Shown piece by piece: positions 10,332 to 20,092 of a stretch of DNA of 64,000 nt; position 1 is the stretch's first letter, and each line of letters starts with the position of its first letter. Made by a program: the position numbers and the translations under genes. The DNA lies in assembly GCA_965140445.1 (NCBI GenBank), contig OZ223236.1, forward strand, positions 2,816,001 through 2,880,000. The letters run 5' to 3'. Origin of the DNA: Candidatus Ozemobacteraceae bacterium. Its GTDB lineage: Bacteria; Muiribacteriota; Ozemobacteria; Ozemobacterales; Ozemobacteraceae. The notes below the pieces were generated by a model. It worked only from the letters and a program-made list of their open reading frames with translations. It was not told the DNA's origin and did no database searches.

Positions 10332-13298
10332 CTAATCTCGGATGCTTGCTAATTCATAAAGTGGAAAAGTCCTTGTTCTACCTTTTATCGAAATCCTATC
10401 AATAAAATTTAGTTTTACTTTTCCTTTTGTAAGCCTTATTGAAGCAGGGCAAATGATTATTCCGGTGTTTTTGGCCAGATGGGCCTTAGCTTTTAATCTG
10501 GCAGATAAATTTACCGGATTTCCAATTACTGTAAAGTTAAGTTTCCCAGCCAGAGAACCTATTTTCCCGGATACTGCTTCACCAGAAGCGAGACCGCAAA
10601 CAGGCTGAAATTCAGGAATCTCTGTTTTTAGTTTGGCTGAAATGCTCAAAGCAACTTTTGATGCTCTTATTACACATTGATCCTGGTGATTTCCATCGTT
10701 TCTAAAAATAATCATTATGGTGTCATCAATTATTTTGTCTATTATTCCTCCAAATGGTTCACAGCAGGAATGAACAGCTTCCATAAAAGTATTAAGTATT
10801 TTCAAGGATTGTTCAGGTTCTCTCTGATTTTCCGTTTCCTTAAACCCTTTTAAGGCGACAAAAACCACTGAAACAAACTTTAACTCTCCTCCAGGTTTGA
10901 GACTTTCATTGCTATTTCCCTTAACAGCTTCAAGAACATCTGAAGAAACAAAAGAGGAAAGCATTTCTTTTTGCTTTAATCCATTGGTCATATGGTTAAA
11001 GGCTTGCCCAAGATCAGCAAATTCGTCATTCGTTGTAAGCTCAATATTATAATCGAGATTGCCCTTTCCAACCTCTGCTGCGGCTTTTGAAAAGTTTTTG
11101 ATTGGAATGAGAAATGAACTTTCAACGAGCTTTAAAACAACTACAAATAAAGCGATAAAATAAGTAGTAAGAATCCATCCAGGAGGCAGAATGGTAAAAT
11201 CTGTCGCTTTTATTTCTGTGGCAGAAACAATTTCAATTGTATGTAAATTGGAAATATAGGAACCTTTGTAAATTTTCAGAGTTCCACTGGAAATTTCTTT
11301 CCAGACCATATCTGATCGGTCATTTAGCAATAAAGTCGCTTTAGAAATAATCTTTGATTTGTCAAAATTCTTTGTAGAAATAAAAGATTGCAGGTCAGGA
11401 AGCTCATCCGATCTGTCTAATGGAATAAAACATTTTTCAATTTTAAATCCATGGATTTCCGTTGGAGTTATGAACTCTGATTCTAATGCCAAAAATTGTT
11501 GAAGAATTTTTCTTGTGGAAAATTTGGCAAGGATCGTGCATGTAGGGGGCTTAAATTTATCATTAAATGGGAATGATGCCATGAGCGAATATAATGTGTT
11601 AAAGCTTGAGGTTTCATGAGTTTTCAAAGTTCCCATACCTGTCAAAAAAGAGCCCATTCCTTTGTTGTTTAATTCAACCAGACCAGATTTGGGTTTTTGT
11701 CCCTTTTTATGGGTTTTTCCAAAAGTGTTATAGACTCCAGCAAAGAGGAAATCTTTCAATTGTTTGTCAAACTCTGGAATTTCGTGAATGTCCTCGCCCA
11801 AAATAAACTCTTCACCCAAAAAATTAGTTGTAATTGAAATCGTTGGTTTGTCTTTTATCCATTTTTGGATTGCTGATCTAAGGATTGGTAGATCTTTAAG
11901 CTCCACATATTTGGCTAATCTGGTTGTGAGTTTATGGTTTTCACTTTCCAGCTTAGTGTTAAACGATGAAATGGATTTTTTTAATTGCTCTGTTTTAAGT
12001 TTCAAATTTTGAATTGTTGAATTTATATGGTGAACCCGAAGATTTTGTTTATGAAAAGAATTTAGCAATGCCATTCCAACAAAAGGGAGTAGGCTTGCTG
12101 CTGTTAGAGCCAAAAAGAATTTTGTTTTAAACTTTAAGTTTGATTGAATTCCGAAGAAGTTCAAATGGATAAAAAAGATGCTGATTATCAAACAACCCAG
12201 AAAGAATGCAAACTTAGCTTTTTCAAGACTGTCGCGCAAAGGATGGGCAAGATTTTTTTTATTGAGAGAAACTTCTAAAACAGGGAATTTATTTTTTAAC
12301 TCCATCAGTTGGGATGGATAAAAAGTATCTCTTGTAGAAAGCTTGACCATCATTTCTGGGGAAATGATTTCCTTAAGAGTTATTACCTTGTCATTTTCGT
12401 GAAAACCAAGGACTTGCTTTTTAAAATAGTTAAAGGATTTAAAGCTTTTAAAATGTGTAAAAGAAAATTTCCTGCTAAATATATTCGTTTCTGAAGCCTT
12501 TTTGGCGGATTGAAATATGTCTATTGCCTTTAGGTCTTTATCTGAAAATACACAGATGAATCCCCCAAGGTTGTTGTTTCTATTGTTGCATGTTGCAGGG
12601 GAATAAAAAAATCTAAGTTTTGATAATCCGGTTTTTCCACTTATGGCTGAGTTAACGTTTCTTGGTGAAAGTCTAAAGTATCCCGCAATTGAAAAAAGCA
12701 TATTTATAAATTGATAAGACCTGTTAAGAAAGGTTTCATGTGTTTTGGAGTTTTCAAGTTTCTTAACTTTTTGTTTTATTGAATTGAATGCTATTGGCTT
12801 GGCAAGATGCTGCTTATTTAAAATCCAGAATAAGTTTTGGGTCATTTTATTTGAAACCAACGGGAAAAACTTTTTGTATTTTGGATTCACTGAAGTTGTG
12901 CATTGAAAGGTGTCTGGGCCATGAAAAAAGACAATTGCCGGAGACAATCCGGTTTCTTTTTTTATCATTTGCCTGAGCTTTTCAGCAGTTAAACTTTGGT
13001 AATAATTGATATTTTTTACAGATTTTTCAAAGTCTATAAAACCATTTTTATTGGAAAAATCAATTAGCTTTCTGTTTAAAAAGTTTGCGGTCTGCAAGTC
13101 AAAACGAAATTCGTCCATTTCGTTTAAAAGATTTTGTCGGGCCTCATTTTTTACCAGATTTTCGCTTTCAGAGACTATTCTATCCAGCATGAAATTAAGG
13201 GTTATGCCTGGAAGGATAGCAATTAGCAACCAGAGAACAAATAGAAACATTGATCCTGGATGCAAGTTTGCTGTTACTTTATTAGAACTATTTTTCAT
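10332..13298 (-). CDS. Membrane class III nucleotide cyclase-like protein with HAMP; lacks first metal Asp, keeps K/T/N/R
   Basis: TMs; HAMP 'DEFADLGQAFNHM'; cyclase 'VFVALKGF', 'DKIIDD', 'FTVIGNPVNLSARL', 'IKGR'; start overlaps upstream stop. Confidence 0.85.
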   Translation of the reverse strand: MKNSSNKVTANLHPGSMFLFVLWLLIAILPGITLNFMLDRIVSESENLVKNEARQNLLNEMDEFRFDLQTANFLNRKLIDFSNKNGFIDFEKSVKNINYYQSLTAEKLRQMIKKETGLSPAIVFFHGPDTFQCTTSVNPKYKKFFPLVSNKMTQNLFWILNKQHLAKPIAFNSIKQKVKKLENSKTHETFLNRSYQFINMLFSIAGYFRLSPRNVNSAISGKTGLSKLRFFYSPATCNNRNNNLGGFICVFSDKDLKAIDIFQSAKKASETNIFSRKFSFTHFKSFKSFNYFKKQVLGFHENDKVITLKEIISPEMMVKLSTRDTFYPSQLMELKNKFPVLEVSLNKKNLAHPLRDSLEKAKFAFFLGCLIISIFFIHLNFFGIQSNLKFKTKFFLALTAASLLPFVGMALLNSFHKQNLRVHHINSTIQNLKLKTEQLKKSISSFNTKLESENHKLTTRLAKYVELKDLPILRSAIQKWIKDKPTISITTNFLGEEFILGEDIHEIPEFDKQLKDFLFAGVYNTFGKTHKKGQKPKSGLVELNNKGMGSFLTGMGTLKTHETSSFNTLYSLMASFPFNDKFKPPTCTILAKFSTRKILQQFLALESEFITPTEIHGFKIEKCFIPLDRSDELPDLQSFISTKNFDKSKIISKATLLLNDRSDMVWKEISSGTLKIYKGSYISNLHTIEIVSATEIKATDFTILPPGWILTTYFIALFVVVLKLVESSFLIPIKNFSKAAAEVGKGNLDYNIELTTNDEFADLGQAFNHMTNGLKQKEMLSSFVSSDVLEAVKGNSNESLKPGGELKFVSVVFVALKGFKETENQREPEQSLKILNTFMEAVHSCCEPFGGIIDKIIDDTIMIIFRNDGNHQDQCVIRASKVALSISAKLKTEIPEFQPVCGLASGEAVSGKIGSLAGKLNFTVIGNPVNLSARLKAKAHLAKNTGIIICPASIRLTKGKVKLNFIDRISIKGRTRTFPLYELASIRD

Positions 13299-16290
13299 CA
13301 AACAGCTCCCATCCTATCCCAGAATCGTTTTTTGTAGCAGCTTTCGCTAGATTAAATTCACCAGTTATTGTTGATCGTGTATTTTCATCAATCAGGATTT
13401 TGCTGGTGCTAAGTTTGGTAAGGCTCTCCAGATTTTCTGCTGTCTGATTGGCATCACTTATTATTACAAAATCCTTACGAGAAGATTTTTGCCCTAGATA
13501 GCCGGTAAGTGCTAAGCCAGAAGCAATTCCAATTCCGTTTTCTATTGTAAATAGTTGTTCTTTTCGCCTTTCAGCATTAAATTTTGCCAATTCTTTTCTC
13601 ATTTTTAGTGCTGCGCGACAGGCTCTTTTTTCTGGTGAGGCTTTTTGCGAATCTTCAGGGTAGAAAGCAGCTGAAATTGCGTCGCCTATCAGTTTCTCAA
13701 TTGAACCATTCTCCGACTTAATAACTTTCTCCATAAGGGTTATGTAAGAGTTAAGTAATTTAACTATTTCTTCAGGAGAATGTTTTTCGCTTAATAATGT
13801 GAAATCTCTGATGTCGGAACTTAATATTGTTATGTTTATCCTGAATGCAAGAACTTCAGAGTTAATATTTCTCCCTGAAGCGATACTTTCAACAAGTTTG
13901 TCAGAAACAAATCTCTGCATTCTTTCTCTTTGCAAAAGGCCGTTTGCCATCTCATTAAAAGAATCTCCCAATTCCTCAAACTCATCACCAGATTTAATTT
14001 CTACAGTGGTTTCAAGGATATTATTTTCAATCTTATTTACTCCCGCTATTAAAGTTTGAACAGGGTTTAAAAAAAAGCACGAAAAAAGCTTTGAAAGAAA
14101 AATAACCGCCAGAATTCCATAAAGAAGCATAAAACCAGGTAAAACCTCCAGGAAAATAGAGGTTCCAATGGTTTTTAAGGTAGTTCCCTCTGCAACAATA
14201 ATCAATGGGTTACTCTCAATAAAAACCCATTGTCGAAGATTAATATTATTGGCTTCTTCTGTTTTTTCGGTACCTGATCCACCTGATCGAAATGCTACTA
14301 GAGCTACACGCCTTAAATCCTTAAAATTAGTTCCATTTTTTGGCCAGGAATCAGTGGATAAACTCGCAAGGTTTCTAAGGAAAACTCCAAAATTAATATT
14401 AAAATCTATTCCATCAGGATAAATGCTTTTTTTTCTTAAATTCTTTCTTAGGAAATCCATCAAACGTCTGTTTTCACCTATTTCATTACATTGGGTGTAA
14501 ACAAAAGCATATGGGGTTTCAGGGGTCTCAGACTTTGCCAAAAATTGAAACACTGCCTTGGGAAGAGGAGAAGGTGCAAAAGCATCCTGAACTACAACAC
14601 TTTCTGCGGCAAAAACCTTTGAGCGCATGAAAATTTTCCAATACGATCCAAAAAGTGAATCTAGCAGGTATAGATCTTTTCGAACTTTTTTAATTGATGG
14701 AGTTTCAATTGGAAGAAGATTCATTCCAGATAAGATTTTAACCATGCTTGCCTGAATAAATCTCAAGTCCCGTTTTCCATTTTCTCCCAATTCTTTACCG
14801 AAATTCCTGCAAATCCCAGAAAAGTTGAAGAAAGTTGCACTGTTGATAAGGCCTAAATTTTGATTTTTTGCAATTTTGTCTTTAACGCTATCTATTTCTA
14901 CCAAAGGGTTCTGAAAAGAATCACACAGGATTTTTTTGTTTTGTAACAATTGAAATGTGTATCTGCTCTGGAATTCATTTATTAGAGCTTTTATATAGCG
15001 CACACCCACATTCATTTTTGTACTGAATTGAGCAATTTTTTCCTTTTTACTGTTTTCAATTAGAGAAAGTGAAGTTCTGAAGATTCCAAAAATCGGAATA
15101 AATATGATTAGAGCGATAGCTAGTTTCATTTTTCCACTAAGGCTAAACGGAAGCGATTCTTGTCTTATTGATCGGTAAATGCCCAAAGTAAATATCAGCA
15201 AAACAGATAACCTTGAAAGCAATATAAGAAAGCTTAAAAAGTTTTTTGAACTTGGGCTAAAGTGCGTGGTAGGGATAAAAACGAATAGCGATTTGTTTTC
15301 TAAACTGTTCAGCTTTTCAGAATTGCTTCTCATTTTTCGATCGGCTATTGCTTGGAGAAAGTCTGAAGTCAAATAAGAGAAATAGAAAATCCCTTTTTCA
15401 GTTTTAAGAAATTTCGGACGATCAAGTCTCTGGTTTACAACTCCTCTTATTATTGAAGGATTTTTTTGTTTTATCGCTTCACGTAAGATTGCAAAGGGTG
15501 AAAGAACAGAACCTTTGAATCCTATGTAATAAAGTCCGTATATTCCAGTCTGGTCATTGGGAAAAGTTTTTTGAACTCTATAAAAGTAATTGTAAGCGTG
15601 TTGAACTCCAAAACGGCTTGAGTAAAATCTGTAGCAAACTCCAGGGAATACTGCGGGGTTGGAGTAAAAAGACAACAGACTGTGGAAAGAGTCGTGAAAC
15701 AAAGAAGCCAGAGTTGCGCCTGGATTAGCCTTTAGAAGATTAAGTCTTTGTTTTCCAATCGATGGGCTTGATTTCAAAATATTTGTTAGATTTCCTTGGT
15801 CAGCTGCCAGATATGAAAGAGAGCAGTTTTCAAATAGTTCTAAAGCTTTATTTTTTACAAATGATTCCTGGTCAAAATATGAAAAAGTTTCTTTCAAGTC
15901 GCAGCTTCCACCTAACAGGAAAAGTGGCTGAATTTTATATTTTTGTTCAAGATACTGTCTGAATTGGAGAAATTTTTCTTTAGTAATTAGTTTTGGGTCA
16001 ACATCCGGCTCAAATAAGAGTTCTCGCCTTCCTTGATCTAATGAAGATAAGCCAAACTCTCTATTCATATCACCAAGAGCATTTTCAATAAATTTTTCAG
16101 GGCTAAGTTTTGTTTGCAGGTCATCCATTTCGAGAAGAAGCAGCTCTCTCGCGTTATTCTCAAGCAATTGTTCTTCTCTGGAAACCTGTTTTTTTACTGA
16201 ATAGGCAAAGAAATATAGGGGCAGAAATGTTATTAGCCCTGCTAAACAGCTGATGAAAAAAATACTCAGTTTATTATTTCGTTTATTCAA
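13288..16290 (-). CDS. Membrane class III nucleotide cyclase-like protein with HAMP; keeps both metal Asp, lacks N/R
   Basis: TMs; HAMP 'DEFEELGDSFNEM'; cyclase 'SSDIRDFT', 'EKLIGDA', 'DFVIISDANQTAENLE'. Confidence 0.85.
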   Translation of the reverse strand: MNKRNNKLSIFFISCLAGLITFLPLYFFAYSVKKQVSREEQLLENNARELLLLEMDDLQTKLSPEKFIENALGDMNREFGLSSLDQGRRELLFEPDVDPKLITKEKFLQFRQYLEQKYKIQPLFLLGGSCDLKETFSYFDQESFVKNKALELFENCSLSYLAADQGNLTNILKSSPSIGKQRLNLLKANPGATLASLFHDSFHSLLSFYSNPAVFPGVCYRFYSSRFGVQHAYNYFYRVQKTFPNDQTGIYGLYYIGFKGSVLSPFAILREAIKQKNPSIIRGVVNQRLDRPKFLKTEKGIFYFSYLTSDFLQAIADRKMRSNSEKLNSLENKSLFVFIPTTHFSPSSKNFLSFLILLSRLSVLLIFTLGIYRSIRQESLPFSLSGKMKLAIALIIFIPIFGIFRTSLSLIENSKKEKIAQFSTKMNVGVRYIKALINEFQSRYTFQLLQNKKILCDSFQNPLVEIDSVKDKIAKNQNLGLINSATFFNFSGICRNFGKELGENGKRDLRFIQASMVKILSGMNLLPIETPSIKKVRKDLYLLDSLFGSYWKIFMRSKVFAAESVVVQDAFAPSPLPKAVFQFLAKSETPETPYAFVYTQCNEIGENRRLMDFLRKNLRKKSIYPDGIDFNINFGVFLRNLASLSTDSWPKNGTNFKDLRRVALVAFRSGGSGTEKTEEANNINLRQWVFIESNPLIIVAEGTTLKTIGTSIFLEVLPGFMLLYGILAVIFLSKLFSCFFLNPVQTLIAGVNKIENNILETTVEIKSGDEFEELGDSFNEMANGLLQRERMQRFVSDKLVESIASGRNINSEVLAFRINITILSSDIRDFTLLSEKHSPEEIVKLLNSYITLMEKVIKSENGSIEKLIGDAISAAFYPEDSQKASPEKRACRAALKMRKELAKFNAERRKEQLFTIENGIGIASGLALTGYLGQKSSRKDFVIISDANQTAENLESLTKLSTSKILIDENTRSTITGEFNLAKAATKNDSGIGWELFDEK

Positions 16291-16351
16291 ATTATTTCCG
16301 GGTTGCCTATAGCAAAAAGTCTTAACTAAACGTTACAATTTTAACTGAAGT

Positions 16352-17149
16352 ATGAATAGATTTAAGATTTTTTTTCTTATAAGTTTACTGCTTTTTCTGC
16401 ACAGTCCCTCTTTTGGGCTGGAGCAGATTTATACTGTGGGAAGCAGCTCAGTAATTGCTGTTTCAGAACCTTTGGAATTGAATTTCGATTCAGAAACTCT
16501 TGGCCGATTTACCGGTAAAATTGTTACTCCAAGACATCTATTCGTTGATTCCGGGGGCAAACGAGAGATTATACCTTTGCAGACCAGCGCTATAAGTGAA
16601 GCTTTCGTAAGATTTGCCAAATTTGATAAAAATACTCTTATTAGCTTACCCAAGCTTTTATTAAGCCCTTGGACTCTTTTTGATGAAGCCTTTTTGCGGA
16701 AACATTTGCTATTTCTTTTTGAAGGATTGGCCTTACTCTTATGGGCTATCAGCTTGCTGATCAGAACGGACTCAAGAACCGTGGATTCTTTGAAAAAACA
16801 CTTTGTAGCATGTATTGCTAAGGGATTTTTTGTTTTATCACTGTTAATTTTAGCCTCTGGATTTCTTTTGAAATCAATAATAGGCTCACCTCTAGCCGCT
16901 ATTATTCTGCTGTCGCTGATGTTTGGTCAGCTATATTTCATTTCCATCGTAAATCGGTCCTTATTTGTGATTTATTTCAAACAAAGCCATTTCATGGCAA
17001 GGGCAACTTTTTTACTAATATTTGCTCATGTAAGCATTGCTCTTTTATTTCTACCGGTGGTGGGAATATTGTTCTCAGTGTTCTTTCTTGTGCCCGGCTT
17101 GGGCGCTTTTGTAGAAAATCAGGAAGTTGATTCGGGAGGAAACAAATGA
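16352..17149 (+). CDS. Hypothetical protein, signal peptide plus multi-pass membrane C-terminus
   Basis: Hydrophobic N-terminus and about 5 TM segments; stop overlaps next start. Confidence 0.65.
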   Translation: MNRFKIFFLISLLLFLHSPSFGLEQIYTVGSSSVIAVSEPLELNFDSETLGRFTGKIVTPRHLFVDSGGKREIIPLQTSAISEAFVRFAKFDKNTLISLPKLLLSPWTLFDEAFLRKHLLFLFEGLALLLWAISLLIRTDSRTVDSLKKHFVACIAKGFFVLSLLILASGFLLKSIIGSPLAAIILLSLMFGQLYFISIVNRSLFVIYFKQSHFMARATFLLIFAHVSIALLFLPVVGILFSVFFLVPGLGAFVENQEVDSGGNK

Positions 17150-17751
17150 AAAATTCAATTCGTGGTCTTTGTTATCTTGCGGTAATTACCGTGCTCATGT
17201 TCTCTTCGTCGCTTTACGCTGAAGAAGGTGCTGAATTAAATTTGATGAATTTTGGGAAAATTCTGGCCCATAACTTTAGTCCATCACAAACTCTTGGAAA
17301 CCCCGTTGAAGTAGGAAACTATATCGTAATTCCTATCGTATGCAAAGGCATGGGGTTTGGAATGGGCGAAAAACAGGAAGGAAAGAACAGTTCTTCAAAT
17401 AAGGACAAAGATGGAGCAAAAAACGCAATTCAAAAAGATCGTGCTGGTCTTGGTGGTGGTGGATTCATTAAACCAATAGCTTTGATTATGATCGATAAAA
17501 ATAAAGGCGATTATAAACTTATAAAGCTGAATGAGGGCATAGTCAGCCAGATGGCAAAGCATCTTGTTCCCCAGATGACTAAAATGTTCGAAAAACTAAT
17601 CGAATTCAAAATGCAGGCCAGAAAAAAAATGGCTAAAAAACACAGACAGCAGAAACAAAAAATTCGAGAAAAAAAGCAGCAGATGAAAAAACAAATCATC
17701 CTCGAAAAAGAAAACAAAGCAAAAAAAGAAGCAAATGCGCCAAAACAGTAA
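17146..17751 (+). CDS. YtfJ/GerW-family protein with N-terminal signal peptide
   Basis: 'GNPVEVGNYIVIPI..GMGFGMG...GGGGFIKPIALIMI' matches YtfJ pattern; GGAGG RBS. Confidence 0.75.
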   Translation: MKNSIRGLCYLAVITVLMFSSSLYAEEGAELNLMNFGKILAHNFSPSQTLGNPVEVGNYIVIPIVCKGMGFGMGEKQEGKNSSSNKDKDGAKNAIQKDRAGLGGGGFIKPIALIMIDKNKGDYKLIKLNEGIVSQMAKHLVPQMTKMFEKLIEFKMQARKKMAKKHRQQKQKIREKKQQMKKQIILEKENKAKKEANAPKQ

Positions 17752-17788
17752 AGATATTGTAAAATAATTTTTTGTGGAGCTTTAGTTG

Positions 17789-17819
17789 AAGGGGCTGTCT
17801 TAAAGGGCAGCCCCTTTTT
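17789..17819 (+). terminator. Intrinsic terminator
   Basis: aaggggctgtct-taa-agggcagcccctt plus T-tract. Confidence 0.8.
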
Positions 17820-17918
17820 ATGCAAATTTGGAAAGAGTTTGCACCTCAAATACACTCTTGCTGCATTGATAGTTAATTCTTATAATTAAAAAATATATTT
17901 ACAAGTTGAGTAATTAAA

Positions 17919-19247
17919 ATGAAAAATAGCTTGAAATTTGTTCTGCGGTTAACTCTTGCAGCAATGCTGTTTTTTGTCCTTTTACCTGCGTTGGCAGGCC
18001 CGACTTTATCCAATGGACAAAAAGCTTATATTGGTCAGAATTTTACCATTTCCATGTTAGGCACCAGAAAAGCTAAACACGATGAATTGCGTTCCTTTGC
18101 AAAACAAGTCCAGGCAATCAGGAAAGTTGAAAAGGTTTTAATTTCCTGGGGAATTGATATGAGTCGAAAGGTTCATTTCAGATATTATACTGATACAGAC
18201 TTTCCTGCGAAGGATATGTGGTTATCAGCTGGAATCAATCCTGACAGCAAAGCTTTTGATAAATATGAAGAAGATATTGGTATGGTTTTCGCCAGCATGT
18301 CAGGCTATGAGTTCGCTCACATGGCTGATGAGGCTAATGACAAGTATTTTTTCACCAACCCTTTTTCTGATTATCTAAGCCGAAAATATTACGTTAATCC
18401 TCGTAAGATCAGTGGTCAGGCAATGACAGACGTTTTGGAAATAGTAAAAAAAGAAAGAAATCGCATGGAAACAGATCTTTCCAAGCCAGTTGGAAAGCAA
18501 CTCAAAGATTACATGATTTTTGAGGATGCAGCCTATTCACCAGATAAAGGAGTGCTTTGGGTTCCAATAAAAAACCCGGCTACTTTGCATCGCTATCTTG
18601 AAACTGCTGTTCATGAGTATGGGCACCATGCCTTTAATAATTTAACCAGGCAGATTCTAAATAAGTATTATAAAAAAAGAAAATGGACCAATAGCCAGAT
18701 ATTTTTTGTCAGTCAGAACATTCTTGCTGTGAATGAATTTTTCGCTGACTATGTTGCTGTTAGCAATGGTTATAACACCAACTTAAATGTACATAATTGG
18801 AAATCTGCTCCCAAAGATGTAAAAAGAGTTTTTAGTCAAAAAAGAACCTTGAAAGATCATATGGACGGAATTCGCAATGGAAACAAATCCCTTAAATGGT
18901 ATTTGAGCGAAGGGCATAACTCTCTTAACCCGATGAGGTCGTTTGTATGGAAGTTGCGACTTGCGATTGGCGAAAGAGAAACTGATCAGTTGGTTGTTGA
19001 TGCAGTTAAAGCCCATATTTACAACTTTTATGTTTTGGAGATTCCAAAACTAAAGCGTGTCAGACTAACCAATAAGGGATGGGGCTGTTTCACTGTTAAG
19101 GGATACAAAACTGATGCAGAGACAGAAAACCTTCGTTTCTTGAAGTTGATGCAAAAGGCAGCAGATAAGCGTCTAAGCAAAGAAAATAAAGCAAAATTTG
19201 CTACAGAGGCCAGCAAAATTTTTGAAGGGTATTACCCCTTAAAGTAA
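17919..19247 (+). CDS. Secreted gluzincin-like zinc metallopeptidase
   Basis: Signal peptide; 'HEYGH' followed by 'NEFFAD'. Confidence 0.65.
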   Translation: MKNSLKFVLRLTLAAMLFFVLLPALAGPTLSNGQKAYIGQNFTISMLGTRKAKHDELRSFAKQVQAIRKVEKVLISWGIDMSRKVHFRYYTDTDFPAKDMWLSAGINPDSKAFDKYEEDIGMVFASMSGYEFAHMADEANDKYFFTNPFSDYLSRKYYVNPRKISGQAMTDVLEIVKKERNRMETDLSKPVGKQLKDYMIFEDAAYSPDKGVLWVPIKNPATLHRYLETAVHEYGHHAFNNLTRQILNKYYKKRKWTNSQIFFVSQNILAVNEFFADYVAVSNGYNTNLNVHNWKSAPKDVKRVFSQKRTLKDHMDGIRNGNKSLKWYLSEGHNSLNPMRSFVWKLRLAIGERETDQLVVDAVKAHIYNFYVLEIPKLKRVRLTNKGWGCFTVKGYKTDAETENLRFLKLMQKAADKRLSKENKAKFATEASKIFEGYYPLK

Positions 19248-19261
19248 GACGATTAAATAAT

Positions 19262-19301
19262 AAAAACCGAAGTTGTTGGATTCAGACGACTTCGGTTTTT
19301 T
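19262..19301 (+). terminator. Intrinsic terminator
   Basis: aaaaaccgaagttgt...acgacttcggtttttt. Confidence 0.85.
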
Positions 19302-19420
19302 CGTTTGTGGTGAACTTGGAAAATTTATTATTTCAGAGGCCACAGCCTGGTGTTTTACTGATTCCTTATGAAAAAAAAAAAAGGCCTGGAGTATTATGAA
19401 AAAAATTATTCAAATGGTGA

Positions 19421-20005
19421 ATGGCATTGGAAGAGCTTAAAGATTTTTCCAACAAATCAAAACAAGTAAAAGTAGATTTAAGAACCGGGATTGAAAAAAT
19501 CTTGTTCACCTGCTGTATTGCTAGTTTGTTAGCAGCTTTTGGTGGTTTTTTTCATTTTATGAATGGCTATGGAACAATGCCTTTGAAAGTTACTTGCATT
19601 GTTTTATTGATTTGTATTTTTTGTTACATGGTAACAGACAATTTTTTGGTTCTTGATCTGGTTAATCAACGGCTTGTTTATCATTTTAGATTTCTAACTT
19701 ATGCAAAGATAAGAAAAGTAGCGGATTTTTCACAAATCCATGCAGTTATTGTAAATATGGATTACTATCGAGCAAAAGGGGAACGTGGTTTTTTCCGTTA
19801 TTGGACAGAAATTGTTTTCTCAAATGGCAGGACTTTGGCAATGACAGATCGCATTCGGGAAGATAAGGTTATGCCCCAAACTTTGGCGAAAATTATTGCG
19901 GATAATTCCGATGCAGAATATGTGCAAGATATCCATACAACCAATGCGATAGTAGTAAAAAAGCCAAATGGTCGGTATAGTTTTGCAAAGAAGCCAGAGC
20001 CCTAA
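19421..20005 (+). CDS. Hypothetical membrane protein, paralog of 20093..20758 (start may be TTG 19427)
   Basis: 2 TMs plus soluble domain; shares 'ADFS.IHAV.VN.D.Y', 'RGFF.YWTE', 'AEYVQD.H', 'KPNGRYSF' with neighbour. Confidence 0.75.
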   Translation: MALEELKDFSNKSKQVKVDLRTGIEKILFTCCIASLLAAFGGFFHFMNGYGTMPLKVTCIVLLICIFCYMVTDNFLVLDLVNQRLVYHFRFLTYAKIRKVADFSQIHAVIVNMDYYRAKGERGFFRYWTEIVFSNGRTLAMTDRIREDKVMPQTLAKIIADNSDAEYVQDIHTTNAIVVKKPNGRYSFAKKPEP

Positions 20006-20092
20006 AGGACTTTGAATTAAGCTTTTTGATTTTCAATGAAATAGAAAAAATCTTAGAGTATCATTATAAAAAAATTAAAATGGTGAGTAGCA

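Noticed and set aside
10332..16290. Cyclase genes as decaying pseudogenes
   Set aside because: Both frames are intact over ~3 kb and the residue losses are reciprocal rather than random.
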